A stretch of DNA of 48,985 nt from Dehalococcoidia bacterium (GTDB lineage: Bacteria > Chloroflexota > Dehalococcoidia > Dehalococcoidales > G020351185). The DNA lies in NCBI GenBank assembly GCA_020351185.1, contig CP070729.1, positions 1,314,077 to 1,363,061 of the forward strand, read 5' to 3'. The notes beneath the pieces were generated by a model. That model ran no database searches. It saw nothing but the letters and a program-made list of their open reading frames with translations, and was not told the DNA's origin. Positions 20,735 to 30,869 of this stretch are shown piece after piece (positions within the stretch are counted from its first letter, which is position 1; each line of letters begins with the position of its first letter). The translations under genes and the position numbers were made by a program.

Positions 20735-21262
20735 CTAATTTATTTCAGCGGTTGCACCAGCAGCTTCTAGCTTAGACTTGGCTGCCGCTGCATCATCCTT
20801 GCTGACGCCTTCTTTTACTGTTTTCGGAGCGGATTCCACAAGATCTTTTGATTCCTTCAGGCCGAGTGCGGTTAACTCACGCACCGCTCTTATGACGTTA
20901 ATTTTGTTGGCACCCACTTCTTTAAGGATAACGTTAAATTCTGTTTTTTCCTCTTCTTCTGCTGCAGTTGCCACTTCGGTTGGCGCTGCTGCAGTGGCGG
21001 CAACCGCAACTGGAGCAGCTGCAGTAACGCCAAATTCAGATTCTAGGGCTTTAACCAGCCGAGAGAGATCAAGCACTGTCATATTCTTTATTTTGTCAAT
21101 TATTTCCTGTGACAAATCCGTTATGTTAGCATCTTTTTCTTTGGCTTCACTGGCAGTTGTTTTTGTTGACTTGGTAGCTTTTTTTTCTGCAATTGGCTCA
21201 TCTTTCTTAGCTGCAGACGTAGTGATTTTTTTGGTTGTTGTTCCTTCTTTTTCTTCTGACAT
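20735..21262 (-). CDS. rplL: 50S ribosomal protein L7/L12 with a ~49-aa Lys/Thr/Ala/Glu-rich N-terminal extension
   Basis: The canonical L12 sequence begins near residue 50. The ATG at 21262 has GGAGG 8 nt upstream, inside the rplJ 3' end. Confidence 0.9.
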   Translation of the reverse strand: MSEEKEGTTTKKITTSAAKKDEPIAEKKATKSTKTTASEAKEKDANITDLSQEIIDKIKNMTVLDLSRLVKALESEFGVTAAAPVAVAATAAAPTEVATAAEEEEKTEFNVILKEVGANKINVIRAVRELTALGLKESKDLVESAPKTVKEGVSKDDAAAAKSKLEAAGATAEIN

Positions 21263-21787
21263 TTATTTTTCCTCCAATTGTTTTATTCTAGATTGTAGTA
21301 CCGTATTCAAATTCCTTAATGGGTGTGCGAGACAGTTAATAAGAACAGCGACGGGATTTTGCATACCAGTAACAATCTGGGCTAAAAGTATGTCTCTAGA
21401 CGGTATACTGGCGAGGTTCACAACTTCATTCTGATCCAACAACTGGTCGCCTAAAAAACCTCCCTTTATGCTTAGAATAGAGTCTGAAGAGCGTATATAA
21501 CCCGTAAGGACTCTAGCTGGTTCTGTTACATCATCATACCCGAAAGCAATTGCTACCGGACCCTTAAAAAGATTAATTAGGAATTCTTTACCCGCTTTCT
21601 CGGCTGCAAAACGAGCAAGAGTATTTTTAACTACTCGATATTCAATGCCGAGTTCACGCAACCTTCGACGTAAAAGGGATAGTTCGGCATTTGATAGCCC
21701 TTTGTAGTTGGTGAATATACCGCTACTACATCTAGCTATCGCTTGCTTTAGTTCTGCTACAATTTGGGCTTTCTGCTCCTTATTCAA
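21263..21787 (-). CDS. rplJ: 50S ribosomal protein L10
   Basis: The (M)NKEQKAQIVAELK N-terminus is typical of L10. TTG start at 21787 with AGGAGG 7 nt upstream; the ORF track start at 21808 is less likely. Confidence 0.9.
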   Translation of the reverse strand: MNKEQKAQIVAELKQAIARCSSGIFTNYKGLSNAELSLLRRRLRELGIEYRVVKNTLARFAAEKAGKEFLINLFKGPVAIAFGYDDVTEPARVLTGYIRSSDSILSIKGGFLGDQLLDQNEVVNLASIPSRDILLAQIVTGMQNPVAVLINCLAHPLRNLNTVLQSRIKQLEEK

Positions 21788-21808
21788 TGTTTTACCTCCT
21801 AAGTGCAC

Positions 21809-21950
21809 ATGTTAAAAAGTCCTTGTGCCAAGGGCTCAAGGACTTGAATGCATTGCCAAGATCCTCAATCCTCAGCAGGTAATATTTAAACCTAAAAAGG
21901 TACCTGCTCTCTCTGGATGAGACCAGTTGGTATTATTCAGTTGTTAATGC
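21809..21950 (-). promoter_or_regulatory. structured rplJ leader with terminator-like hairpin (L10-leader-like attenuator)
   Basis: On the minus strand: AGCAGGTA...TACCTGCT hairpin, then AAGTCCTTG-aGCCcttGGCa-CAAGGACTT followed by a T-run, just upstream of the rplJ SD (21812-21846). Confidence 0.35.
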
Positions 21951-22664
21951 CTATGCGGCACTCAACGCTAGTACCATTCTAAGGTCCAGTTTAATACCGG
22001 GACTCATTGTGGTTGTTAAAAAGGCACTTTTTATATACTGCCCTTTGACACTTGCAGGTTTCGCTTTTATGATGGCTTCGATAACCGCTGTTAAGTTTGA
22101 TAGTAGCTTATTAGTCTCGAAGCTTATCTTGCCAATGGGCAAATGTATAATGGCAGTTCTATCTAGTTTAAACTCAACGCGACCCTTACGAGCATCTTCG
22201 ATGACACGTGGTAGATCATCTACGACAACTACTGTACCTGCTTTAGGATTGGGCATAAGACCCTTGCGGCCTAAAATTTTACCCAATTTGCCAACTTTAC
22301 CCATCATATCAGGAGTGGCAATGGCAATATCAAATTCCAACCAACCGCCTTCAATCTTCTTTACAATATCTTCGCTACCGACTATATCAGCGCCCGCTGC
22401 GCTAGCAATCTTCTCGGCTTCACCCTGAGCAAAAACAAGAACCCTTATCGGCTTTCCTAATCCATGGGGTAAAAGAGCGACACCACGTACTTGCTGACTA
22501 GCATTACGGGGATCGACACCCATTCGCAGATGGAGTTCGACAGTTTCATCGAAATTAGCATAAGTAATTTCTTTCGCCAGTTTAATGGCTTCCTGTGGTA
22601 GGTATTCGCTATTTTTATCAATCTTATTTATTGATTCAGCATATTTTTTACCATATGTTGTCAT
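21951..22664 (-). CDS. rplA: 50S ribosomal protein L1
   Basis: Canonical L1 sequence in rplK-rplA order. Confidence 0.95.
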   Translation of the reverse strand: MTTYGKKYAESINKIDKNSEYLPQEAIKLAKEITYANFDETVELHLRMGVDPRNASQQVRGVALLPHGLGKPIRVLVFAQGEAEKIASAAGADIVGSEDIVKKIEGGWLEFDIAIATPDMMGKVGKLGKILGRKGLMPNPKAGTVVVVDDLPRVIEDARKGRVEFKLDRTAIIHLPIGKISFETNKLLSNLTAVIEAIIKAKPASVKGQYIKSAFLTTTMSPGIKLDLRMVLALSAA

Positions 22665-22667
22665 TTG

Positions 22668-23090
22668 CTATTCTACCTTTATACCCATACTGCGAGCAGT
22701 ACCAGTAATAATCTTCTCAGCGCTCTCATTATCATTGGCATTTAGATCACGTGCTTTTTGCTTGGCTATTTCTCGCAGCTGTTCACGAGATAAGGTGGCA
22801 GATTCGTCGTGGCTGGTGGAGCTAGCTCCCTTTTCAATGCCTAATGCTTTTTTAAGCAAATCGCTTGTTGGTGGAGTTTTTGTAATGAATTTAAAAGATC
22901 TGTCCTGGTATACAGTTATTTCAACTGGTATTATAGATCCAGCCTGTTTGGAAGTACGCTCATTGTATTCCTTACAAAAAGCCATGATATTAACCCCGTG
23001 TTGTCCAAGAGCCGTACCTACTGGAGGCGCTGGATTAGCCTGCCCAGCTGGTAGCTGTAATTTGATTATCGCCTTAATTTTTTTTGCCAC
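22668..23090 (-). CDS. rplK: 50S ribosomal protein L11
   Basis: [26 protein letters not shown] is canonical L11. Confidence 0.95.
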   Translation of the reverse strand: MAKKIKAIIKLQLPAGQANPAPPVGTALGQHGVNIMAFCKEYNERTSKQAGSIIPVEITVYQDRSFKFITKTPPTSDLLKKALGIEKGASSTSHDESATLSREQLREIAKQKARDLNANDNESAEKIITGTARSMGIKVE

Positions 23091-23116
23091 TTTCTCTCCA
23101 ATTGAGTTCTTATAAA

Positions 23117-23665
23117 TTAGAGCTTTTCCACCTGTAGAAAATCAAGTTCAACGGGTGTTTCTCTTCCGAAAAGCGAAAGAAGAACCTTCACCTTGCCTTT
23201 ATCACCATCTATTTCATCGACAGTACCAATAAAATCAATAAAGGGTCCATCAATAACTCTGACGCTCTGACCCTGCCTAAAGCCAACCTTAACCCGTGGT
23301 GCTTCTGCTTCCATCTGCTTCATTATTCTTTTAACTTCATCTTCTTCAAGAGGTACTGGTTTGTTGCCACTGGCTACGAAGCCGGTAACACCTGGTGTAT
23401 TGCGTACGATATTCCAACTGAGATTGTTTAATTTCATTTGGACAAGAATATAACCAGGTAATATCTTTTTTGTTACTGTTCGTCGCTGACCGTTCTTAAC
23501 CTCTACCTCATCCTCCGTGGGTATAACAACTTCGGTAATATCCCCCTCAGAATCCATTGATTTTATGCGTTGTTCAAGATTCTTCCTAACACGTTCCTCA
23601 TATCCAGAGTAAGTGTGAACAACGAACCAATCCTTCCTGTCCTCAGTTGTTTTAGTATCTCTCAT
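23117..23665 (-). CDS. nusG: transcription termination/antitermination protein NusG
   Basis: NGN domain ([11 protein letters not shown]) and KOW domain, in secE-nusG order. Confidence 0.95.
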   Translation of the reverse strand: MRDTKTTEDRKDWFVVHTYSGYEERVRKNLEQRIKSMDSEGDITEVVIPTEDEVEVKNGQRRTVTKKILPGYILVQMKLNNLSWNIVRNTPGVTGFVASGNKPVPLEEDEVKRIMKQMEAEAPRVKVGFRQGQSVRVIDGPFIDFIGTVDEIDGDKGKVKVLLSLFGRETPVELDFLQVEKL

Positions 23666-23675
23666 AAAAGGTTAA

Positions 23676-23888
23676 TTATTCCCCAATTATTAATTCGTCT
23701 ACAAGAAAAGAGAAACCAAAATCTATAGCTCCTAGGATGGCACCTACAGTGATGGCTACTATTAGCACTAATCCTGTCAAGTAGAATGCTTCACGCCTCG
23801 AAAGCCAAGAAACCTTTTTAAGTTCAGCAACGGTCTCACTGATAAAACCTAACCTGGAGTTATTTTTCTTGGAAGTTGGATTTGCCAT
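23676..23888 (-). CDS. secE: preprotein translocase subunit SecE
   Basis: 70 aa, ELKKVSW motif and a single C-terminal TM helix, upstream of nusG. Confidence 0.8.
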   Translation of the reverse strand: MANPTSKKNNSRLGFISETVAELKKVSWLSRREAFYLTGLVLIVAITVGAILGAIDFGFSFLVDELIIGE

Positions 23889-23920
23889 AAGAAGTGCTCC
23901 CTTTACCGTGTTGAGAAGTA

Positions 23921-24088
23921 CTATTTTACCTCCCTGTGGAGTTTAACGGTACGACAGCGAGGACAATATTTCTTTAATTCTAGACGCTGTGGGTCATTCC
24001 TTTTATTCTTACTCGTAGTATATGTTCTCTCCTTGCACTCGGTGCAGGCAAGATGAATTATGATTCTAGCTTCGGTTTTCTTCGCCAT
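23921..24088 (-). CDS. rpmG: 50S ribosomal protein L33
   Basis: My own translation, not in the ORF track: [55 protein letters not shown]. It sits between tuf and secE. Confidence 0.85.
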   Translation of the reverse strand: MAKKTEARIIIHLACTECKERTYTTSKNKRNDPQRLELKKYCPRCRTVKLHREVK

Positions 24089-24089
24089 G

Positions 24090-25292
24090 CTATTCTATTA
24101 TTTTTGTGACGGTACCAGCGCCTACTGTCCTTCCCCCTTCCCTAATGGCAAAACGAAGCCCCTTTTCCATAGCTACTGGGTAAAGGAGCTTTATCTTCAT
24201 TTTTGTATTGTCGCCCGGCATTACCATCTCGACGCCTTCAGGTAGTTCAATAGAACCAGTAACATCTGTTGTCCTTATGTAGAATTGAGGTTTGTAACCG
24301 TTGAAGAAAGGAGTATGTCTACCACCTTCTTCTTTTGTTAATACGTATACTTCGGCCTCAGCATATGTATGTGGTTTTATGCTACTTGGAGCTGCAAGTA
24401 CTTGTCCTCGCTCGATATCTTCTCTTTCAACACCTCGTAGCAATACACCAACGGCGTCTCCCGGTTCTCCACTGTCAAGGATCTTATGGAACATTTCAAG
24501 GCTGGTAGCAACTACTTTGCGCGATTCATGGTGTAAACCAACAATTTCAACTTCATCACCTGGTTTAATAATACCTCTCTCGACTCTACCCGTGGGTACA
24601 GTACCACGCCCCTTGATACTAAAAACATCTTCTATAGACATAAGGAAAGGCTGGTCTTTTGGCCGTGCTGGAATCGGAACGTATGCATCAACTTCACTCA
24701 TTAGCTTCAAAATAGGTCCACACCACTGACACTCTTCTTTACCACAACCACACTCAAGTGCTTTAAGGGCACTCACTCTAATTATTGGCACTTCGTCACC
24801 AGGAAATTCGTATTTGCTGAGCAGTTCTCTAACCTCTATTTCCACCAGTTCCAGCAATTCCTCATCGTCCATCATATCAACTTTGTTGAGAGCAACAACC
24901 ATAGCTGGTACCTCTACTTGATGGGCTAATAGAACATGTTCCCGAGTTTGAGGCATTGGACCATCTGGAGCACTTACTACTAGAATAGCGCCATCCATCT
25001 GGGCTGCTCCTGTAATCATATTCTTAATAAAGTCAGCATGACCTGGACAATCAATATGTGCGTAGTGTCTTTTTTCTGTCTCGTACTCAATATGGGCTAT
25101 GGCAATTGTCAGGCCCCTAGCTTTTTCCTCAGGTGCGTTATCGATGCTATCAAATGCACGATAAGAAGTACCTGTCTTTTTGGATAGGACCCAAGTAATT
25201 GCGGAAGTTAAGGTTGTTTTGCCGTGGTCGACATGACCGATTGTGCCAACATTGCAGTGTGGTTTTGTTCTTTCAAATTTCTGTTTAGCCAT
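24090..25292 (-). CDS. tuf: elongation factor Tu (with a Cys4 insertion)
   Basis: [33 protein letters not shown] lies upstream of the ATG at 25292. The ORF track start at 25370 reads through the tRNA gene. Confidence 0.97.
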   Translation of the reverse strand: MAKQKFERTKPHCNVGTIGHVDHGKTTLTSAITWVLSKKTGTSYRAFDSIDNAPEEKARGLTIAIAHIEYETEKRHYAHIDCPGHADFIKNMITGAAQMDGAILVVSAPDGPMPQTREHVLLAHQVEVPAMVVALNKVDMMDDEELLELVEIEVRELLSKYEFPGDEVPIIRVSALKALECGCGKEECQWCGPILKLMSEVDAYVPIPARPKDQPFLMSIEDVFSIKGRGTVPTGRVERGIIKPGDEVEIVGLHHESRKVVATSLEMFHKILDSGEPGDAVGVLLRGVEREDIERGQVLAAPSSIKPHTYAEAEVYVLTKEEGGRHTPFFNGYKPQFYIRTTDVTGSIELPEGVEMVMPGDNTKMKIKLLYPVAMEKGLRFAIREGGRTVGAGTVTKIIE

Positions 25293-25312
25293 TTCAGCCT
25301 CCCTTTGTTCTA

Positions 25313-25385
25313 AGCCCACAACCAGACTCGAACTGGTGACCCCGTTCTTACCAAGAACGTGCTCTACCAACTGAGCTAACGGCCC
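25313..25385 (-). tRNA. tRNA-Thr(GGU)-like gene; D, anticodon and T arms canonical, acceptor strands do not pair
   Basis: On the minus strand: GGGCCGT TA GCTC AGTTGGTA GAGC A CGTTC TTGGTAA GAACG GGGTC ACCAG TTCGAGT CTGGT TGTGGGC T. Classic position upstream of tuf. No encoded CCA. Confidence 0.6.
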
Positions 25386-25475
25386 TCAAATAGTTTAACA
25401 ACAACAAAGAATCAGTGCAAATGGTAATCGATATGCTTTCTCTGCATAAGCTTTGTGCTTTAGTAAGATTAATAA

Positions 25476-26621
25476 TTACTCAACAGTTGATTCATTACTG
25501 TATAATCGGTTTTTCCAAGCAACACTAGCACCCACTAACTGTTTGGCTATCGCACGAGTACAAATCAAAATAATGAAAAATAATCCAATAGGATGCAGTG
25601 GAGTTGATAATACAGATGCCTTAAAATGACTATCTACAAACCACCGCATAGCCAGAATGATTGCTACCTGCGACATAACAATAGCCTGCAAAACCAATGA
25701 AGTATCTATGAATAATACATTCCATAACCAATAGAACGGTGCAAGGAATAAAAAATAACCTACTATCAAAAGACCTATTAAAGCCATTGAAGATATTGCA
25801 GCTACTGAGAAAATACACCTAGTCAATCCTTGCCACATTAAGGTCAATGTCGAGTACATATTGCATGAGACAACCGAAGATAAATCAATGGTTAAATGGC
25901 GCCCGCCATGCTTGGTTGTTTCAATTCCAAGCCAAATATCCTCTAATATCTTAGACTTAACTGCTGCGTGACCACCAATCTTCCGATATTCTTCACTAGA
26001 AAAGAGGAGAAACTGTCCTATTGCCATTGATGGTTTGGGTTTTTTAAATTGCTTCAACCACCATAATGGAAATAAGCTGAAAATAATGAAATATATTACT
26101 GGGACTGCTATTTTTTGAGGAATTGAATCCGTTAGTTGGCAAGGGAAACCTGATAGCAACGCTGGTTTAAGCTTAAGAGCTTGAGACATTACATAACGCA
26201 ACATATTAGAAGCATGAATCGTATCGGCATCAACAAATAGCAACCAAGAGCCCTTGGCTTCTTCTGCTAACTGATAACAGGCAAAAGGTTTTCCTGTCCA
26301 ACCTTTCTCTAATGGCTTACCATGGAGTAGTCTGATACGGTTATCTTCAGCCGCTAATCGACTGACGATAGAAACCGTATTATCAGATGAATTATCATTA
26401 AGCACCAGAATTTCAAAATTAGGGTAGTCTTGTTTCCTCAGGGTTTGTAGACAGGTTACGATATTATTCTCTTCATCTCTTGCTGGAATAAGGATAGATA
26501 CTAGGGGGGCTGGTTTTTTTATTCTATTTTTTGGTTCCAAGGGCCTAATGCTTCTCAAGTTTAGAAGCAAATTGATCATCAAGATGACCAGGCAAATTAT
26601 TATTATTATTTGATATACCAT
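25476..26621 (-). CDS. GT2-family glycosyltransferase with C-terminal membrane domain (glycolipid-synthase-like)
   Basis: VSILIPARDEE...LNDNSSDNT...VDADT GT-A motifs followed by several TM helices. Confidence 0.7.
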   Translation of the reverse strand: MVYQIIIIICLVILMINLLLNLRSIRPLEPKNRIKKPAPLVSILIPARDEENNIVTCLQTLRKQDYPNFEILVLNDNSSDNTVSIVSRLAAEDNRIRLLHGKPLEKGWTGKPFACYQLAEEAKGSWLLFVDADTIHASNMLRYVMSQALKLKPALLSGFPCQLTDSIPQKIAVPVIYFIIFSLFPLWWLKQFKKPKPSMAIGQFLLFSSEEYRKIGGHAAVKSKILEDIWLGIETTKHGGRHLTIDLSSVVSCNMYSTLTLMWQGLTRCIFSVAAISSMALIGLLIVGYFLFLAPFYWLWNVLFIDTSLVLQAIVMSQVAIILAMRWFVDSHFKASVLSTPLHPIGLFFIILICTRAIAKQLVGASVAWKNRLYSNESTVE

Positions 26622-26644
26622 ATATATTATCCACTAATGACTAA

Positions 26645-27268
26645 TTAGGTTTCACTATTCTTTGACTGAAGCCAGTTTATTAATCTAGCTTTAAAACGCG
26701 GTACAGTTTGTAATCCATTATACTGTTTTATGACAAACAAAATTAGTATACACATCATAAACAGTGCTTCCCAAGAGCCCCCGCGTACTATTAGTAGATA
26801 AATCAATGTACCAATAGGACCAGGCATAACTGCCCAGGAATGCTGTTCGATTAATAAGAAACCAAATAAGGTTAGAAGTGTAAAGACAGCGAGTATGTCT
26901 ATATGGGGTATTGCTATAATGACACCAAATGTGACCGCTATTGATTTCCCGCCTCGGAATTTCAACAAAGGTGAAAAAGAATGTCCCAAAATCGCTGCTA
27001 ATCCAACGATTACAATAACCCATGATGAAAGATCAAAAACAGAATAAGTGATATAAACAAAAGGTATACCCTTGAGTATATCTAGAAGAACAGCTAGTAA
27101 ACCGAGTTTGATATCTCCTGCTCGAAAAACATTGGCTGCACCAGGATTCCCATCTCCGTATTTTGTTATATCTTTTTTTAAGAATAGGCGTCCTATCCAT
27201 ACCGAAAACGGACAAGAGCCAAGTAGAAACGCGGCTATAATCAGAAATATTGAATAATAAGTCTCCAT
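26645..27268 (-). CDS. plsY: glycerol-3-phosphate acyltransferase PlsY
   Basis: GDGNPGAANVFRAG motif and GGKSIA motif, 207 aa, polytopic. Confidence 0.85.
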   Translation of the reverse strand: METYYSIFLIIAAFLLGSCPFSVWIGRLFLKKDITKYGDGNPGAANVFRAGDIKLGLLAVLLDILKGIPFVYITYSVFDLSSWVIVIVGLAAILGHSFSPLLKFRGGKSIAVTFGVIIAIPHIDILAVFTLLTLFGFLLIEQHSWAVMPGPIGTLIYLLIVRGGSWEALFMMCILILFVIKQYNGLQTVPRFKARLINWLQSKNSET

Positions 27269-27391
27269 AGTGGCAACATATAGAACTTAACTTAAGATAA
27301 CACACATTAAACGACCTGACAAGACATGAAAACAATTTTTACAAAAAATATTGTACCAGTGGTATTTCAGACAAATTATGCTTCAATGGTG

Positions 27392-28879
27392 TTAGGTAGT
27401 ACGGTTGGCAAACAAAGAAACCGGAACAAGACGTTTTGGTGACTTGATACTATAATCTTCTATCAAAATAGCAGCCAGAATTATGATATCGAAATAAAAG
27501 AAATAGGGCCACAGGCTACGCCAAGCAAAAAATAACGGCAATACAGCCAGAAGTGGTCCTACATGTGGATAACGATTGCAATTATGATAGTACCATATTA
27601 TTGCTGTGATTCCGATAAGTAATTCCAAAATTGTGAAAAATAAAGGTGACTCAATGATTAAAACACCCCCAGTAACTAGAGTAATGATACCCACTCCCAA
27701 TGGGAAAAGATCATCAAATACTGGAGCCATTACTGATGTAAACCAAAGTAGAGGATCAATTATGATAAAAGGTAAATTGAACGCCAAGAATATAACAGCG
27801 ACAATAAATACAACTAACAGCGTCTTTTTCAAATCCATTATTCTAAAGATAAGTATCAGGTAATAAGGTATAAAGAACCAAGCTACCTGTTTGGTGGCTA
27901 TAGCTATACCCATAAATAGGGCAGATAACCACAGTTGCCTCTTTATGAGTATCCAAGCTAAGAGTAAAAATGGAAAGATAAGCGAACCTGTCTCGCCTGC
28001 GGCTATGCCAAACCATATTTCAAGACTGATTGAAACTGCACTAATGAAAAGAATTTTTTTATCCTTAGGGACTTTCCAGGCAACGTATGCCAGTATCGGA
28101 AGTACAAATATAAGAAGTACAATCCTGAAATCATCAATACCCAAAAGGAAAAAAATTGATGGTAAAATAAAACAACCAGCTGGATAATTGAGTTTGGATT
28201 CTAATTCCGGCGGTATTTGTTGTGGATTTTGTGACACTCTCTGCCATAATTGTTCCAATTGCGCATCGCTGGGATAAGGAAATATATCAGCAAACTCACC
28301 TTCCCGCAGAGGAGTTACCTGATCATATGAATTATCGTACAATATAGTAGCAGTAACTATATTTGGCATGGCATATGGATTATTACCATCTATTAAATTT
28401 TCGATAGCCTGGTGGCAAAGAGCTGTGCCATCATTATACGAGAGCACGCCTTCAAAAGAAGCCATCAATTCATTAGACTTCTTATTGGAGTCTTCGGCTG
28501 GAAACACTCCCACTCCAAATGAGGTTAATGTTATCAATAATCCCAACCCGGCAATAATAAATAGTGTTGAAATTACAATGGCACTCGGTTTTAGCCAATG
28601 TACCTGATTCTGTAGAAACTTGTCAGTCCTTGGCATTGCTATTAAAAAAAGAAGGATGAACCAGATAAGCCAAATAAAGGTACCGGTTACCATCATAGGG
28701 GTATCTTTCCAAACAAAACCTATACCTCCTAACAACGAGGCAACGAGTTTTACAAATATTGCAATGAAAAATAATAGTATTCTGGGTGTAGACTGTGTAT
28801 GGAAAAAGGCACGCATCTTTGAATGAAGATGTGAACAAATACGTGCTTTCTTTCCGGTGCCTTTTAGTTGTTCCATCAA
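27392..28879 (-). CDS. large polytopic membrane protein, possibly a GT-C-type (DUF2029/GT87-like) glycosyltransferase
   Basis: About 12 hydrophobic segments and one large soluble loop. The function call is a weak guess. Start uncertain. Confidence 0.4.
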   Translation of the reverse strand: MMEQLKGTGKKARICSHLHSKMRAFFHTQSTPRILLFFIAIFVKLVASLLGGIGFVWKDTPMMVTGTFIWLIWFILLFLIAMPRTDKFLQNQVHWLKPSAIVISTLFIIAGLGLLITLTSFGVGVFPAEDSNKKSNELMASFEGVLSYNDGTALCHQAIENLIDGNNPYAMPNIVTATILYDNSYDQVTPLREGEFADIFPYPSDAQLEQLWQRVSQNPQQIPPELESKLNYPAGCFILPSIFFLLGIDDFRIVLLIFVLPILAYVAWKVPKDKKILFISAVSISLEIWFGIAAGETGSLIFPFLLLAWILIKRQLWLSALFMGIAIATKQVAWFFIPYYLILIFRIMDLKKTLLVVFIVAVIFLAFNLPFIIIDPLLWFTSVMAPVFDDLFPLGVGIITLVTGGVLIIESPLFFTILELLIGITAIIWYYHNCNRYPHVGPLLAVLPLFFAWRSLWPYFFYFDIIILAAILIEDYSIKSPKRLVPVSLFANRTT

Positions 28880-28888
28880 TCCTTCTAA

Positions 28889-30283
28889 TTACCGTTTTAG
28901 GTGGATCGTTTCACCGGTAATGTCTAGGGTAGCCTCCCACAAAGCCTCTGAGAGAGTAGGGTGGGCATGAAGTGTGTTTTTAATATCGTCTAATGTAGAC
29001 CCAAGTTTAATGGCCATTGTGGCTTCTGATATCAGATCAACAGCACCGGATCCTATTATATGTACTCCGATAATCCTGTCGTCATCATTATTAGCGATAA
29101 TCTTTACCATACCTCTTCTCTCGCCCAAAATGTTTGCCGCTGAATTTGCCGCAAATGGAAATTTGCCGCATTTAATGGAATAATACTGCATTTTTGCCTT
29201 ATCTTCGGATATACCGACACTAGCTACTTCAGGTAAGGTAAAGATACATCGTGGTACCACTCTATAGTCCATCTTTACATGCTCTCCAAGAGCATTTTCA
29301 GCAGCGATACGCCCTTCAGCCATAGCTGTATAGGCTAACATTAATCTACCTGTTACATCACCAGCCGCATATATATCAGCAACTGATGTTTCCATATACT
29401 CATTCACTTCAATTCTACCATTGGAAACAGCTATGCCACATTTATCTAATCCTAATCCATCAAAATACGGTTCGTACCCCGAAGCTATAGCAATCATCTC
29501 CGCTTCTATAGATTTTTGAGTATCCTTGATTGTTATTAAAACTCGCTTGGATTTATGATCCGTATCAATTCTGTTGACAACCACTCCGGTATATATCCTA
29601 ACACCATCTCTTTTCAATGCCCCTGCCAAGATTGTTGTTATTTCACTATCTTCTTCAGGTAGAATATGTGGCATTGTTTCGATAAGACTAACCCGACAAT
29701 TCAAATTAGCCAATATTGTCGCCATTTCCACACCGACAATACCAGCACCAATGATGACAATGCTCTTAGGGATATAATTAAGATTTAGAATATCCTCAGC
29801 AAATATTATTTCCCGATGAGAAGCCCCAGGTATATCTAATTTTTTTTCCCTAGACCCAGTAGCCAAAATTATTTTATCCGCAACAATGGAATGGCTATCA
29901 CCCCCTTCATTAAATACCTCTATGCTTCCTTTTGATACTAGTTTTGCATGTCCTTTTATGACTTCGATGCCATTCATTTCTATAACGCTATTAAGCCCAG
30001 TAATTAGGGTAGATATAAGTCTATTCTTACTAGACTGCAATTTGGCTAAGTCAATGCAGTTAATGGAAGCATCAATGCCATATTTGGTAGAATCCTTGAT
30101 GAGCCGATATATTTCCACACACCTTAGAAGAAATTTAGTGGGTATACATGCCCTATTCAAACAGGCACCGCCGACTTCAATATTATCAATCATGACCACT
30201 TCGGCCCCAAGCTGTGCAGCTCTAATAGCAGCTGTATAACCAGCTGGACCACCACCAATCACTGCGACACATTTCCCCTTCAT
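28889..30283 (-). CDS. lpdA: dihydrolipoyl dehydrogenase
   Basis: GGGPAGY FAD motif, redox-active CLNRACIPTK, GAGIVGVE NAD motif and HAHPTLSE at the C-terminus. Confidence 0.85.
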   Translation of the reverse strand: MKGKCVAVIGGGPAGYTAAIRAAQLGAEVVMIDNIEVGGACLNRACIPTKFLLRCVEIYRLIKDSTKYGIDASINCIDLAKLQSSKNRLISTLITGLNSVIEMNGIEVIKGHAKLVSKGSIEVFNEGGDSHSIVADKIILATGSREKKLDIPGASHREIIFAEDILNLNYIPKSIVIIGAGIVGVEMATILANLNCRVSLIETMPHILPEEDSEITTILAGALKRDGVRIYTGVVVNRIDTDHKSKRVLITIKDTQKSIEAEMIAIASGYEPYFDGLGLDKCGIAVSNGRIEVNEYMETSVADIYAAGDVTGRLMLAYTAMAEGRIAAENALGEHVKMDYRVVPRCIFTLPEVASVGISEDKAKMQYYSIKCGKFPFAANSAANILGERRGMVKIIANNDDDRIIGVHIIGSGAVDLISEATMAIKLGSTLDDIKNTLHAHPTLSEALWEATLDITGETIHLKR

Positions 30284-30313
30284 TACACTATACTCTCCAC
30301 AACACGCAGTTAC

Positions 30314-30691
30314 TTACTTAATTAAATCAGAATATTCCTCGGCGGATAACAAGGAATCAATCTCATCGATATCGCTGATATCAATTACAAACATCCATCC
30401 CTTACCATATGGATCACTATTAATAATGCCAGGTGTTTTCTCTAGTTTTTTATTTATCTCAAGAACTGTGCCGCTAACGGGACTGTATAGGTCACTGGTA
30501 GCTTTGGATGATTCAATCAAACCAAACACACCGTCCCGGCATATATCAGCGCCTACCTTAGGTAGTTCGATAAAGACAATGTTTCTTAATTGCTCTTGGT
30601 AATAATGGGTTATGCCTATTGTTCCTCTATTATCCTCATCAATCTTCAACCAAGTGTGTTCAGTGCTGTATTTTAATTGACTAGGGTACAT
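30314..30691 (-). CDS. gcvH: glycine cleavage system H protein (lipoyl carrier)
   Basis: YSTEHTWLK...GLIESSKATSDLYSPVSG contains the lipoyl-lysine motif. The ATG at 30691 has GGGAGG upstream. Confidence 0.85.
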   Translation of the reverse strand: MYPSQLKYSTEHTWLKIDEDNRGTIGITHYYQEQLRNIVFIELPKVGADICRDGVFGLIESSKATSDLYSPVSGTVLEINKKLEKTPGIINSDPYGKGWMFVIDISDIDEIDSLLSAEEYSDLIK

Positions 30692-30869
30692 ACAATCCTC
30701 CCGCAAAATAAAACTAATAAAAACATTAAAAACTGACTATAGAATATCACATGGATGTTTTTACTTAAAGAACCATCCATCCACTACTTTGGATAATAAT
30801 CCATTATTTAGGTGAATGTTAAGCTTTTGTTAATAAACAGCAACAAACCCATTGCATAAATATTATGTA

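Noticed and set aside
20778-21434. 218-aa plus-strand ORF spanning rplL and rplJ.
   Set aside because: It is antisense to two canonical ribosomal protein genes and translates to low-complexity Ala/Ser/Val sequence. No start context.
22009-23115. Plus-strand ORFs 22009-22428 and 22585-23115.
   Set aside because: They are antisense to rplA and rplK, which are unambiguous.
25293-25370. N-terminal extension of tuf in the ORF track (start at 25370).
   Set aside because: The extension reads through the tRNA-Thr gene. Canonical EF-Tu begins MAKQKF at 25292 with its own SD.
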